From IMG/VR virus record IMGVR_UViG_3300042992_000919, positions 1 through 63,656 of that record: DNA of 63,656 nt; one strand, 5' to 3'. Made by a program: the position numbers and the translations under genes. Below, one piece after another: positions 17,616 to 26,966 of the stretch. How positions within the stretch are numbered: position 1 is the stretch's first letter; every line of letters begins with the position of its first letter. The stretch is from a virus (taxonomy: Duplodnaviria > Caudoviricetes). The notes beneath the pieces were generated by a model. The model made no database searches. It was not told the DNA's origin and saw nothing but the letters and a program-made list of their open reading frames with translations.

Positions 17616-19871
17616 ATGCCAGTATATTATTTAAGAACGGGATCTGCAAGTTCAACTACAACTGTAAATTTAAATTCAACAAGTTTATGGGCTGCAGAAA
17701 TAAGTGGTTTTGCTCCTCCTGCAACTACAACAGGAACATTATCCCCCTCATATACAGATATAAATAATGAATTTGTAATTGATTCAAATAGTGGAGGTGT
17801 TGGTACTATTACTGCTAATTCATTACCATTAACTGTAACTAGTAATTTAACTATTGCTAATTTATCATTTGGTGCTAAAAATACTAGTACAGCAGTTGGA
17901 ACATTTACAAAAGCTTATTTAAATATATCAGCAGGAATTACTTTAGCAATTACTGGAACATTACAATTAAATAATGGTACAATGGTACTTGGTAGTACTG
18001 GAGGTGTTGGTGCATTGCGACTTAATACAAATAATACTGGTAAATTAAGTATACAAGGTAATTTAAACTTAGGTTATCATAATACTACTTCTCAAAATTT
18101 AGGTAGCACTATAAATGCAAATATTTCTGTAGATGGTGGAGCAAAATCAATTATTGAATTTGCAGGTTCAAGTGTTTGTTTTATTAAAGTAAGTTCTGTA
18201 TCTGGGGCAAGTACTACTGCTGCTTATTTAACAATTAGTGTTGCAGCAAATGGTCCAGTTGATCCATTATCTGTTGTTCAAATTGATTTTAATAAAACAA
18301 CTGCTTCAAATCCAGCATTTGTTGTATCAAATATTGGGTCAACAGGAATTAGAATTTGGTCACAAGGAGCTGGAGTTCCAACTTTTGTAACATTAAATTC
18401 AAATTATGATAGTGCTGCAAAACTTAGTTCTCCGGCTAGATATAATGCTCCAGGATTTCTTAATTTTACAATTGGAGGTTTTGCATTTAATACTCTTACA
18501 GATACAAAAGAATTAATTTTTGAAGCTTTAAGTTTTATTGTTAGTGAACTTAATTATATAGTTATATCAAATACAATTTCTTCTTTTAAAGTTAATAATA
18601 TAACTAATGCAAATACTAATAGTTCAGGATTTTTATCTATTTCTGAAAATTCAATTATTGAAATAAATAAAAATTTAATACTATCTGGTGTTGGACCTAT
18701 GTCAACTAATATTAATGGTGGAATTGGAGTTTTAAGAGGTGGAGGTACAATTAAATTTGTTGGAACATCAAATAGTACTTTAACATTAAGACCTTATACT
18801 GAAAATGAATATAAAACATTTTGGGCAAGAGTATGTTTTATAGATGTAAATATTGAAATAAATAAAACTGGTGGATCTACATTAGATATAAGTAATAATA
18901 TTACTGATTTACTTACTAGTAGATTAACGTTATATAAAGGTAGTGTAAATACTATTAATATTACACATACAGCAGGTGCTATTGATTGTGATCAAATTTA
19001 TTGTTTAAATACAATATCTACTAGATTATTTAATTTTATTGGAAATTCAACATTTAATACAGCATCAAAATTAGTAATAGCAACAGGTACTGGTAATAAT
19101 CCTGGTATATCAATTAATACAACTACATTAAAATTAAATGAAATTGAATTTAGACCTGCTGGAACTTTAACAGGAGGAATAACTCCTACAGCTAATACTT
19201 ATGGTGCTACTTTAACAGGAGATAAAGGTTTTACAGTTAATAATTTTATTCATACTAATAATGAAGATAATATTGCAGGTAGAATAAGTTCTGTTATATT
19301 ATCAAATGATCTTACTGCAGTTTATACAGTAAATAATAGTATTACTATGCTTGGATTATCTAATCGTAGAGCAATTCTTAGAGGTAATATATCTTCTGTA
19401 ATTAATTTACCTAGTACATCAGCTTCAAGTACTACTTTAACAACTACTACATCTCCAGCTTTAACTACTAGACATTATATTAGTCAAAGTCCAACAGCTG
19501 GTGGAGTTTCAAAAAGAACTCCAAGTGTTTTATTTACAGGTAGTGATGTTACTCTACAAAGTTCTTTTACTAAAATTGATGCTAATCTATCTCCAAATAC
19601 TTGGAGATTAAATAGAGATGTAGGAACAATAAATACTAGACCTTTTGAAGCAGGTATTCCAGCTATATTTAGATTTACAGGTTCTGCTAGTAATTTAAAT
19701 ATTAATTATGCTACTACTTTTGATATAGATAGTAGCGGGGCTACAACAATTAAAGCAGATAATTCATATCAAAATAGAGTTGGAATACCATTACCCAATA
19801 TGTGGAGAACTATAAATTGGGATGCTCTTAATCCACTTTTACCAAATATCATTGAAGGTTATGTCGAATAA
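17616..19871 (+). CDS. Beta-helix adhesin-like protein 4 (751 aa)
   Basis: Thr/Ser/Asn-rich; C-terminal domain shared with 16861..17547. Confidence 0.7.
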   Translation: MPVYYLRTGSASSTTTVNLNSTSLWAAEISGFAPPATTTGTLSPSYTDINNEFVIDSNSGGVGTITANSLPLTVTSNLTIANLSFGAKNTSTAVGTFTKAYLNISAGITLAITGTLQLNNGTMVLGSTGGVGALRLNTNNTGKLSIQGNLNLGYHNTTSQNLGSTINANISVDGGAKSIIEFAGSSVCFIKVSSVSGASTTAAYLTISVAANGPVDPLSVVQIDFNKTTASNPAFVVSNIGSTGIRIWSQGAGVPTFVTLNSNYDSAAKLSSPARYNAPGFLNFTIGGFAFNTLTDTKELIFEALSFIVSELNYIVISNTISSFKVNNITNANTNSSGFLSISENSIIEINKNLILSGVGPMSTNINGGIGVLRGGGTIKFVGTSNSTLTLRPYTENEYKTFWARVCFIDVNIEINKTGGSTLDISNNITDLLTSRLTLYKGSVNTINITHTAGAIDCDQIYCLNTISTRLFNFIGNSTFNTASKLVIATGTGNNPGISINTTTLKLNEIEFRPAGTLTGGITPTANTYGATLTGDKGFTVNNFIHTNNEDNIAGRISSVILSNDLTAVYTVNNSITMLGLSNRRAILRGNISSVINLPSTSASSTTLTTTTSPALTTRHYISQSPTAGGVSKRTPSVLFTGSDVTLQSSFTKIDANLSPNTWRLNRDVGTINTRPFEAGIPAIFRFTGSASNLNINYATTFDIDSSGATTIKADNSYQNRVGIPLPNMWRTINWDALNPLLPNIIEGYVE

Positions 19872-20322
19872 AATTACTAAAACAAGCAAAAAAGGTATTG
19901 ATCTAATCAAAAAGTATGAAGGATTTAAATCAGAACCATATCTCTGCCCGGCTAATGTGGCTACAATTGGATTCGGAACAACTTTTTATCCAGATGGAAG
20001 AAAAGTAAAATTAACGGATTCACCTGTTTCAGAAACAATAGCAGAGGTTATATTAAAAAGACAATTAGAAAAATTTGAGCAATACGTTGATAGTTATTGT
20101 ATTGATACTATTAATCAAAATCAATTTGATGCATTAGTTTCTTTTTGTTATAACCTTGGCCCCACTAATTTAAAAAATAGTACTCTACTAAAGAAAGTAA
20201 ATAAGAATCCAAATGATCCATCAATAAAAGATGAATTTATGAAATGGGTTAAGGCTGGAGGAAAAACACTAAAAGGATTAGTAAGAAGAAGAGAAGAAGA
20301 AGCTCAATTATATTTTTCTTAA
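19861..20322 (+). CDS. Phage lysozyme/endolysin (GH24)
   Basis: GIDLIKKYEG...YLCPANVATIGFG, QNQFDALVSFCYNLG, GLVRRREEE; start corrected to MSNKITKT. Confidence 0.92.
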   Translation: MSNKITKTSKKGIDLIKKYEGFKSEPYLCPANVATIGFGTTFYPDGRKVKLTDSPVSETIAEVILKRQLEKFEQYVDSYCIDTINQNQFDALVSFCYNLGPTNLKNSTLLKKVNKNPNDPSIKDEFMKWVKAGGKTLKGLVRRREEEAQLYFS

Positions 20323-20344
20323 TCTGATTGTATATATTTTATAG

Positions 20345-20375
20345 AAAGTGCTGGTATAATACTAGCACTTTTTTT
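20345..20375 (+). terminator. Rho-independent terminator
   Basis: AAAGTGCTGGTA-TAA-TACTAGCACTTT plus T-run. Confidence 0.85.
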
Positions 20376-20391
20376 ATTTCAAAACTTTTTT

Positions 20392-20399
20392 TAAATTTG
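20392..20399 (+). promoter_or_regulatory. Bacteroidota -7 element TAAATTTG
   Basis: After the terminator, upstream of a new operon at 20428. Confidence 0.55.
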
Positions 20400-20427
20400 T
20401 AATGTTTAACTTTTAAAAATTATACAA

Positions 20428-20691
20428 ATGGAAGAAACTCTTGAAAAAGAACCAAGATTGTCTCAAGAAGAAATTGAAAGCAATCGTCAAAAATTAATGG
20501 AATACTATGAACTGAATATTCCATTCTTAAAACTTCAATCTGAATATGAAGAATTAATTACAAAGATTCAAGAATCTAAAACACGTAGATTAATTGCTCA
20601 ACTTCAGTTTGCTCAAATCATGTCACCTTCACAAGAAGAAGAAACAGAAAAAGAAGAATCTCCAGTTAGAAAACTTAAAAGAGAGGAATAA
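20428..20691 (+). CDS. Hypothetical coiled-coil protein
   Basis: 87-aa ORF, TAATG-coupled to the next gene. Confidence 0.75.
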   Translation: MEETLEKEPRLSQEEIESNRQKLMEYYELNIPFLKLQSEYEELITKIQESKTRRLIAQLQFAQIMSPSQEEETEKEESPVRKLKREE

Positions 20692-21065
20692 TGGCTAAAC
20701 TCACACTTATTGATAAAAAGGCACAAGTAGATTCTTGGACTATTGTAAAACTCCAATTAATGCTTCATTGTGAACTTAATAAAATCAATATTAGTGAGGC
20801 TGATACCAATGCTTTAGTTCAATTGGTTAAACAGGGGGAAACCGAACTTAGTTCATTCTGTATAGATGCTAGTTCGGATTCCCGCATGTTTAAATCTGCA
20901 CAGAGTGTTAGAAATTTTGTATCTAAAGCAGAAAAACAAAACTTAATTGTTAAATCCGGCAACACTAAAAAAAGAATTAAGATAAATCCGGAATTAGGTA
21001 TAGTAACAAATGCGGATAATATAATGTTAGATTATAAGTTGTTGTGTAGAGACTTTAAATTATGA
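20691..21065 (+). CDS. Putative winged-helix DNA-binding protein
   Basis: SAQSVRNFVSKAEKQNLIVK...RIKINP has a wHTH recognition-helix/wing pattern. Confidence 0.5.
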   Translation: MAKLTLIDKKAQVDSWTIVKLQLMLHCELNKINISEADTNALVQLVKQGETELSSFCIDASSDSRMFKSAQSVRNFVSKAEKQNLIVKSGNTKKRIKINPELGIVTNADNIMLDYKLLCRDFKL

Positions 21066-21451
21066 TTCCAAAAAAATATAAAAATGTACTAGCAGAATAT
21101 TCAGAACAATTTGAAAATCCTGAAATAATATCTGATATAGTTAATTTTTTTTGGGATGATGTAGCTACAAATCTTAGAAATATAAATTATCCATCAATAT
21201 ATATTGAACAATTAGGTGAGTTTAACATCAAGCACTGGATCCTCACTAAAAAAATTTTAGAATATACTGGATTGATAGAAAGAAATCCAGGTCAAACATT
21301 TAATCAAAGAATTAAAAAACAAGATTCAAAACTTCAACTTGAGAAAATGATAAAACTGCAGAAAGAACTTGCAGATGAATATTCAAAAAAACTAAATAAA
21401 AAACAACAGAGAAATGACTACAGAAGATCTAAAAAAGATTTGGAACAATAA
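21062..21451 (+). CDS. IHF/HU-like DNA-binding protein
   Basis: IVNFFWDDVATNL...SIYIEQLGEFNIK resembles the HU/IHF core; such genes are typical of crAss-like phages. Confidence 0.6.
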   Translation: MIPKKYKNVLAEYSEQFENPEIISDIVNFFWDDVATNLRNINYPSIYIEQLGEFNIKHWILTKKILEYTGLIERNPGQTFNQRIKKQDSKLQLEKMIKLQKELADEYSKKLNKKQQRNDYRRSKKDLEQ

Positions 21452-21701
21452 AGAAAAGATTCTTGAAGGTTTCAAAAATGCAATTATTAAAGATGAATAT
21501 GTTGAGTCTATTGCATCTATTAGAAATGAGATTTGTAAAGGATGTGAAAAGTATGATACACAAGGATTATCTTGTTTAGTACCTGGTACAAAACCTTGTT
21601 GTGGAGAATGTGGATGTTCTTTACATCTTAAACAACGTAGTTTAACATCATATTGTGATTTAGGAAAATGGAACGCAATAACAGAAGAAAGCGAGAATTA
21701 A
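21414..21701 (+). CDS. Cys-rich zinc-finger-like protein
   Basis: RxxICxxC...CCxxCGC...CxxGKW. Confidence 0.65.
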   Translation: MTTEDLKKIWNNKEKILEGFKNAIIKDEYVESIASIRNEICKGCEKYDTQGLSCLVPGTKPCCGECGCSLHLKQRSLTSYCDLGKWNAITEESEN

Positions 21702-22081
21702 GAATTAAAGAATTTTATAGTCGCAAAAGAGTGGATTATAAAGATCTTGATTTAGAATGTTTAACTTCCGATAGATTAGGTACTGGTACTATTAGTTTAA
21801 TTGATATAAATAATTATACCACTACTATTAGTGGAAATTCTTATGTTACAACAACTAGTACAGGTATATTCTATAATAATTATAATCCATATACAATAGC
21901 TCAAGAAACAAAACTTGAAGTAAAAAAACGTATGAGTAGATTATTTTTAGAAGAATATCATAAAAGAAAACAGATTGAATCAGATAATTATGAAACATTA
22001 AAACAAATGCTTAATTCAGAATTAGATTGTGATGCTGAATTAGCATGTAGTATTATTGATACTTATCCAGAATTTGAATGA
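21668..22081 (+). CDS. Hypothetical protein
   Basis: 137-aa ORF within the operon. Confidence 0.6.
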   Translation: MERNNRRKRELRIKEFYSRKRVDYKDLDLECLTSDRLGTGTISLIDINNYTTTISGNSYVTTTSTGIFYNNYNPYTIAQETKLEVKKRMSRLFLEEYHKRKQIESDNYETLKQMLNSELDCDAELACSIIDTYPEFE

Positions 22082-22422
22082 AGAAAACTAAAATTTATAT
22101 AGAGAATGATTATATATCTTTTACAATAGTTCATGTCACTGTAAAAAAGAAAACAAAAAATACAATTGCAGTAGATGAAAATGGTGAAAAGATGATTATT
22201 CCTGTAGAGTATGAAATAAAGGGAAAAACTCTATACTTAAATTATACTTGCAGAACTGATGCAATTTCAGCAATATCCTCTCATATAAATGATAGAAATC
22301 AAGTGGTAAAATCTAAGTGTATAATCTTTGATAGATATAGTGGTAGAGATTACTTAGTCAATAATTCAATGGATGAAGTTAAAAGTGCAGTTATTAGACA
22401 AAATAAAAAAATGGGTTATTAA
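22078..22422 (+). CDS. Hypothetical protein
   Basis: ATGA overlap; 114 aa. Confidence 0.7.
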   Translation: MKKTKIYIENDYISFTIVHVTVKKKTKNTIAVDENGEKMIIPVEYEIKGKTLYLNYTCRTDAISAISSHINDRNQVVKSKCIIFDRYSGRDYLVNNSMDEVKSAVIRQNKKMGY

Positions 22423-22423
22423 T

Positions 22424-23254
22424 ATGTCAGTATTTTTTAGAGCAGAAGACCACTCATATAAGAGTGTTAATTCTGAAGATAATATAAAATGGATTAGTGT
22501 TACATCATTTGTATCAAAATTTAAAGAAAAATTTGATCCAATTTCTGTTTCACAAAAAGCTTCAAAAAATAAAAAATCTAAATGGTATGGAATGACACCA
22601 GAAGATATACAGAAAGCTTGGTCCAAAGAAACAGATAGAGCACTTACATTAGGTACATGGTATCATAATGAAAGAGAATCTGATTTATTAAGTCTTGAAA
22701 CTTTAACGCAAGGTGGTGAACCTCTAAAAATTATTACCCCAATTATTGATGAAGAAGGAATTAAATATGCTCCTGAACAAAAACTTGAGAATGGTATATA
22801 TCCTGAACATTTTGTTTATTTAAAATCTGCAGGATTATGTGGACAATCTGATAGAGTTGATATTATAAATGGTGTGGTCAATATAATTGACTACAAAACA
22901 AATAAAGAAATTAAAACAGAAGGATATAAGAATTGGGAAGGTATTTCTAAGAAGATGTTATCACCTGTTGCTCATCTGGATGACTGTAATTTAAACCATT
23001 ATAGCCTACAATTGAGTTTTTATATGTATATTATACTTAAGCACAATCCTAAATTAAAACCAGGAAAAATGAGTTTACATCATGTGATTTTTCAAGATTC
23101 TGGAACAGATGGCTTTGGAAATCCAATTAATAAACTCGATGAAAATAATAATCCTATTGTAAAAGAAGTGGTGGTATATGATATCCCATATATGAAGGAT
23201 GAAGTAATTACATTAATTAAACATCTTAATGATAACCGTGATTTTTTAATATAG
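22424..23254 (+). CDS. PD-(D/E)XK exonuclease (Cas4/RecB-like fold)
   Basis: GTxxH, E, GQSDRV, IIDYKT and HYSLQLSFY motifs; start corrected to MSVFF. Confidence 0.85.
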   Translation: MSVFFRAEDHSYKSVNSEDNIKWISVTSFVSKFKEKFDPISVSQKASKNKKSKWYGMTPEDIQKAWSKETDRALTLGTWYHNERESDLLSLETLTQGGEPLKIITPIIDEEGIKYAPEQKLENGIYPEHFVYLKSAGLCGQSDRVDIINGVVNIIDYKTNKEIKTEGYKNWEGISKKMLSPVAHLDDCNLNHYSLQLSFYMYIILKHNPKLKPGKMSLHHVIFQDSGTDGFGNPINKLDENNNPIVKEVVVYDIPYMKDEVITLIKHLNDNRDFLI

Positions 23255-23256
23255 AT

Positions 23257-23904
23257 ATGAGAGAACGTAAAAATGATATAAAGTATTTATTGCAATTAAA
23301 CGAAGAGCAAAAAAAGGCAAAAGCAGAAATCCTTGATAATGTAATTAGTGCTATATATGGTGCTGCCGGTTCTGGTAAATCATTATTAGCTGCTCAAATA
23401 GCATTAGATCAATTATTCTTATATGAAAAGAAGATAATTATAATTAGACCTGCTGTTACTGCACATGAAGATATTGGTTATTTAAAAGGTTCTGCAGATG
23501 AAAAGATGGCTCTATTTACTCAACCAACACATCAAAATATGTATAAACTTTATAACAAAGACAAGATTGATAAAGAGATTACTGCTGGTAATATTATTAT
23601 CATTCCTGTTGGTTATACTAGAGGCTACACTTTTAACGACTGTACAGTGATTGTTGAAGAAGCACAAAACTTAACTTTTTCTCAAACAGAATTATTATTA
23701 GGAAGAGTGGGTAAAGATAATTGCAGAATGATACTTTGTGGTGACTCTGCTCAAATTGACTTAAAAAATAAAAAAGATTCAGGTTTTGATTTTATTTGCA
23801 AACACTTGAAAGATATAGAAGGATTTTCTGTAATTAGATTAAAAGCAAATCATAGACATCCAATTGTGGAAAATGTACTAGAGATATTTAAAAACTACGC
23901 TTAA
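23257..23904 (+). CDS. phoH: PhoH-family ATPase
   Basis: LNEEQK, Walker A GAAGSGKS, RPAV, IGYLKG, RGYTF, EEAQN, GDSAQID, RHPIV. Confidence 0.92.
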   Translation: MRERKNDIKYLLQLNEEQKKAKAEILDNVISAIYGAAGSGKSLLAAQIALDQLFLYEKKIIIIRPAVTAHEDIGYLKGSADEKMALFTQPTHQNMYKLYNKDKIDKEITAGNIIIIPVGYTRGYTFNDCTVIVEEAQNLTFSQTELLLGRVGKDNCRMILCGDSAQIDLKNKKDSGFDFICKHLKDIEGFSVIRLKANHRHPIVENVLEIFKNYA

Positions 23905-24422
23905 TGATTGTAAAACTATTCGATATAGAGAATGGTGTTGTAAAACCAACAGAACACTGTTTTGTAATTAAATTTTTAAAGGATGTCATGGAGACATATC
24001 CAGATGAGTATTTAATAATTTATGCTTATCTATTTTATATGACATGTCCTAATAATGATATAAATCCTTTTTTTAATCTCCCAGAATCTGAAAAAGAAGA
24101 TATAATTCTAGAGCAAATAAATGCTGAGTTTAGTACAGAAGATTCTTTAATTCTTGATGCTGTAAAGATGTGTGAGAAATTATATGAAACTCCTACATCA
24201 AGAGCATACAATGGGATTAAAATTGCTTTAGATAATATGGCAACTTTTATGGCAACAGAAAAACCAACATCTGGTAGAGATGGTTCTGCATCCGCATTAT
24301 TAAGAATTGCTGAAAGATTTGATCAAGTTAGACAATCATTCAAAGGTGTTTATAATGATTTAAAAGATGAACAAAAAAGCCACGTTAGAGGTGGTATAGG
24401 ACTATCATACGATCAAGAATAA
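23904..24422 (+). CDS. Phage protein upstream of the terminase (possible small terminase subunit)
   Basis: 172 aa, helical C-terminus ending VRGG; the function call is positional only. Confidence 0.45.
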   Translation: MIVKLFDIENGVVKPTEHCFVIKFLKDVMETYPDEYLIIYAYLFYMTCPNNDINPFFNLPESEKEDIILEQINAEFSTEDSLILDAVKMCEKLYETPTSRAYNGIKIALDNMATFMATEKPTSGRDGSASALLRIAERFDQVRQSFKGVYNDLKDEQKSHVRGGIGLSYDQE

Positions 24423-24423
24423 T

Positions 24424-24600
24424 ATGGAAAAAGAACTTTACTATGATTGGTTGTTTCAATACAATCCATATGAAAAAGCATGGTATGCTTTTGAAAGAGA
24501 TAATTTTATTGGATATTTTTCTGATAAAGAAAATACAAAGTATTTAAAAGGATCGTCTATTGATGAACTTATAGAAATTATTGAAGTGATTAATGGATAG
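24424..24600 (+). CDS. Small hypothetical protein (58 aa, MEKELYYDWLFQYNPYEKAWYAFERD...), not in the ORF track
   Basis: Hand translation; fills the gap exactly and overlaps the terminase start. Confidence 0.7.
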   Translation: MEKELYYDWLFQYNPYEKAWYAFERDNFIGYFSDKENTKYLKGSSIDELIEIIEVING

Positions 24601-26788
24601 TTATCTAGAAATACCCACTTATAATAATGGTGAATGGGAATCTACAATCTTCTATACTAAAGAAGGTTTTTTAGATTTTATTAAATCTATATTTAAAGAA
24701 CCTGGTCAATATGAATTTGATGAGACCTCATTAATATTTAATGAAGAAGCTCGTAAATTTAATAAATTACAATTCTATTGTTCAGCACCATATAAAAGTA
24801 AGGATTTTAGAAATTATTGGGATGACCAAAAGAATAAGTGTAGAAATGGTGTAATATATAAAAATGGAGATAAGGTTTGGTATCTTACTCGTGATTATTA
24901 CATGTGGCTTAATTTCTTACCAATATTTGATAAGGAACAAAATAAATTTGGATTTGCTAAAGTACGTGATGCACAATATCATATGGCATTATATGAATTA
25001 CTTGCTGAGTTAAGTAATAAACATTGTGCTATTTTAAAGAAACGTCAGATTGCTAGTTCTTATTTTCATTGTGCTAAACTTATAAATCAAATATGGTTTG
25101 AAGAAGGGGTGACATTAAAAGTGGGTGCTGAACTTAAAGATTATATAAATGATAAAGGTTCTTGGGCTTTCTTTAATGAATATAGAGACTTTTTAAATTC
25201 TCACACCGGATGGTATAGACCATTTACACCAGATAAAACTCTCAACTGGGAACAAAAGATTCAAGTGAGAGAAAATAACCAAAACAAAACTAGAGGTTTA
25301 AAAGGAAGATTAATTGGATTATCTTTTGAAAAGAATCCAACAAATGGTGTAGGGGGACCTTGTAAATATTTCTTTCATGAAGAGGCCGGTATTGCTCCTA
25401 AAATGAATGTAACATATGAGTTCATTAGACCAGCATTAAGTTCTGGATTTATGACTACAGGTACATTTATAGCAGCAGGATCTGTTGGTGATTTAGATCA
25501 ATGTGAACCACTAAAGAAATTAATATTATATCCAGAATCAAATGATATTTATTCAGTAGATACAGATCTACTTGATGATAAAGGTACTTTAGGTAAGTCT
25601 GGATTATTTATTCCTGAACAGTGGTCTATGCCACCATATATAGATGAGTATGGTAACTCACTTGTACAAGAAGCATTAGATGCATTAGATAATCAATTTG
25701 AAATTTGGAAGAAAGAACTAGATCCTGAAGACTATCAACTACGTATTTCACAGAGACCTAGAAATATTGCAGAAGCATTTGCTGCAAGAAAAGAATCTAA
25801 ATTTCCACCACATCTTGTCACTAATCAAATTAGAAGAATAGAAGATAAAGAATATGGTTATGAACTTATTGATTTATCTAGACAAGAAGATGGTATAGTA
25901 GCCACTAAATCTAATAAGCTTCCGATTAAATCATTTCCTATTAGAAAGAATGAAGATGATAAAGAAGGAGCATTAGTGGTGTGGAAAAGACCTGCAGAAA
26001 ATCCAACATTTGGAATGTATTATGCATCTATTGACCCTGTATCTGAAGGAAAGACAACTACTTCAGAATCATTGTGTTCTATATATGTATATAAAGCTCC
26101 AATTGAAGTGATTAAAGAAACACCTAATGGTAAAGAAACATACTACGAAAGAGATGAAATTGTTGCAGCATGGTGTGGTAGATTTGATGACTTAAAAAAA
26201 ACTCATGAAAAATTAGAGTTGATAATCGAGTGGTATAATGCTTGGACAATTATTGAAAATAACGTTTCTCTTTTTATTCAATATATGATTGAAAAAAGGA
26301 AACAAAAGTATTTAGTACCAAAAAGCCAGATATTATTTCTAAAAGATTTAAATGCAAATGCTAACGTATATCAGGAGTATGGTTGGAAAAATACTGGAAC
26401 ACTATTTAAATCACATTTACTTTCTTATTTAATACAGTATATTAGTGAAGAAATTGACCATCAAACAAAAACAGATGGTACAATTGTTAAAACTACATAT
26501 GGTATTGAGAGAATTCCAGATATTATGGCAATGAAGGAAATGCAAGCATATCAAGATGGATTAAACGTTGACCGTTTGGTTTCTTTAGCTGCATTAATAG
26601 CTTTTGCTAAAATCCAAACATCTAATAGAGGATATACAAGAAAATATGAAAGAGATAGGTCATTAGAATTGGAGAATTCAAATAATTTATATAAATTAAA
26701 TAATAACCCTTTTAAGTTTATAGGAGGCTCGAAATCTGCATTTTCAAATATTAAAGTTAAACGTAATCCATTTAAAAACTTTAGATAA
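24593..26788 (+). CDS. terL: Terminase large subunit
   Basis: LKKRQIASSY Walker A-like, FFHEEAG Walker B, YASIDP nuclease and NVDRLVS motifs; upstream of the portal. Confidence 0.92.
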   Translation: MDSYLEIPTYNNGEWESTIFYTKEGFLDFIKSIFKEPGQYEFDETSLIFNEEARKFNKLQFYCSAPYKSKDFRNYWDDQKNKCRNGVIYKNGDKVWYLTRDYYMWLNFLPIFDKEQNKFGFAKVRDAQYHMALYELLAELSNKHCAILKKRQIASSYFHCAKLINQIWFEEGVTLKVGAELKDYINDKGSWAFFNEYRDFLNSHTGWYRPFTPDKTLNWEQKIQVRENNQNKTRGLKGRLIGLSFEKNPTNGVGGPCKYFFHEEAGIAPKMNVTYEFIRPALSSGFMTTGTFIAAGSVGDLDQCEPLKKLILYPESNDIYSVDTDLLDDKGTLGKSGLFIPEQWSMPPYIDEYGNSLVQEALDALDNQFEIWKKELDPEDYQLRISQRPRNIAEAFAARKESKFPPHLVTNQIRRIEDKEYGYELIDLSRQEDGIVATKSNKLPIKSFPIRKNEDDKEGALVVWKRPAENPTFGMYYASIDPVSEGKTTTSESLCSIYVYKAPIEVIKETPNGKETYYERDEIVAAWCGRFDDLKKTHEKLELIIEWYNAWTIIENNVSLFIQYMIEKRKQKYLVPKSQILFLKDLNANANVYQEYGWKNTGTLFKSHLLSYLIQYISEEIDHQTKTDGTIVKTTYGIERIPDIMAMKEMQAYQDGLNVDRLVSLAALIAFAKIQTSNRGYTRKYERDRSLELENSNNLYKLNNNPFKFIGGSKSAFSNIKVKRNPFKNFR

Positions 26789-26958
26789 TGTCAAATATAA
26801 AAATTCAAATTATTAAAGAGCTCCTAGATAAAAAAGAAATAACATTTGAGCAAGCCTTATTATTACTCGATATAAAAATTGAAGGATTGAGTTCTCCTAT
26901 AAACTTGGGTATTACTAATTGTCAAGGTAATTGTGATAATTGTACTTGTAAAAAATAA
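26788..26958 (+). CDS. Small protein (56 aa) with C-terminal CxxxCxxCxC, not in the ORF track
   Basis: Hand translation MSNIKIQIIKELLDKKEITFEQALLLLD...NCQGNCDNCTCKK; TAATG-coupled to terL. Confidence 0.65.
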   Translation: MSNIKIQIIKELLDKKEITFEQALLLLDIKIEGLSSPINLGITNCQGNCDNCTCKK

Positions 26959-26966
26959 AGATAGAT

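Noticed and set aside
10237-19871. Diversity-generating retroelement or invertible shufflon
   Set aside because: The 17389/19716 repeats differ at all base types, often synonymously, not only at adenines; both are coding; no RT, recombinase or inverted cassettes are visible
22424-23254. cas4 as part of a CRISPR system
   Set aside because: Stand-alone PD-(D/E)XK nuclease lacking the Cas4 four-Cys Fe-S pattern, with no array or other cas genes
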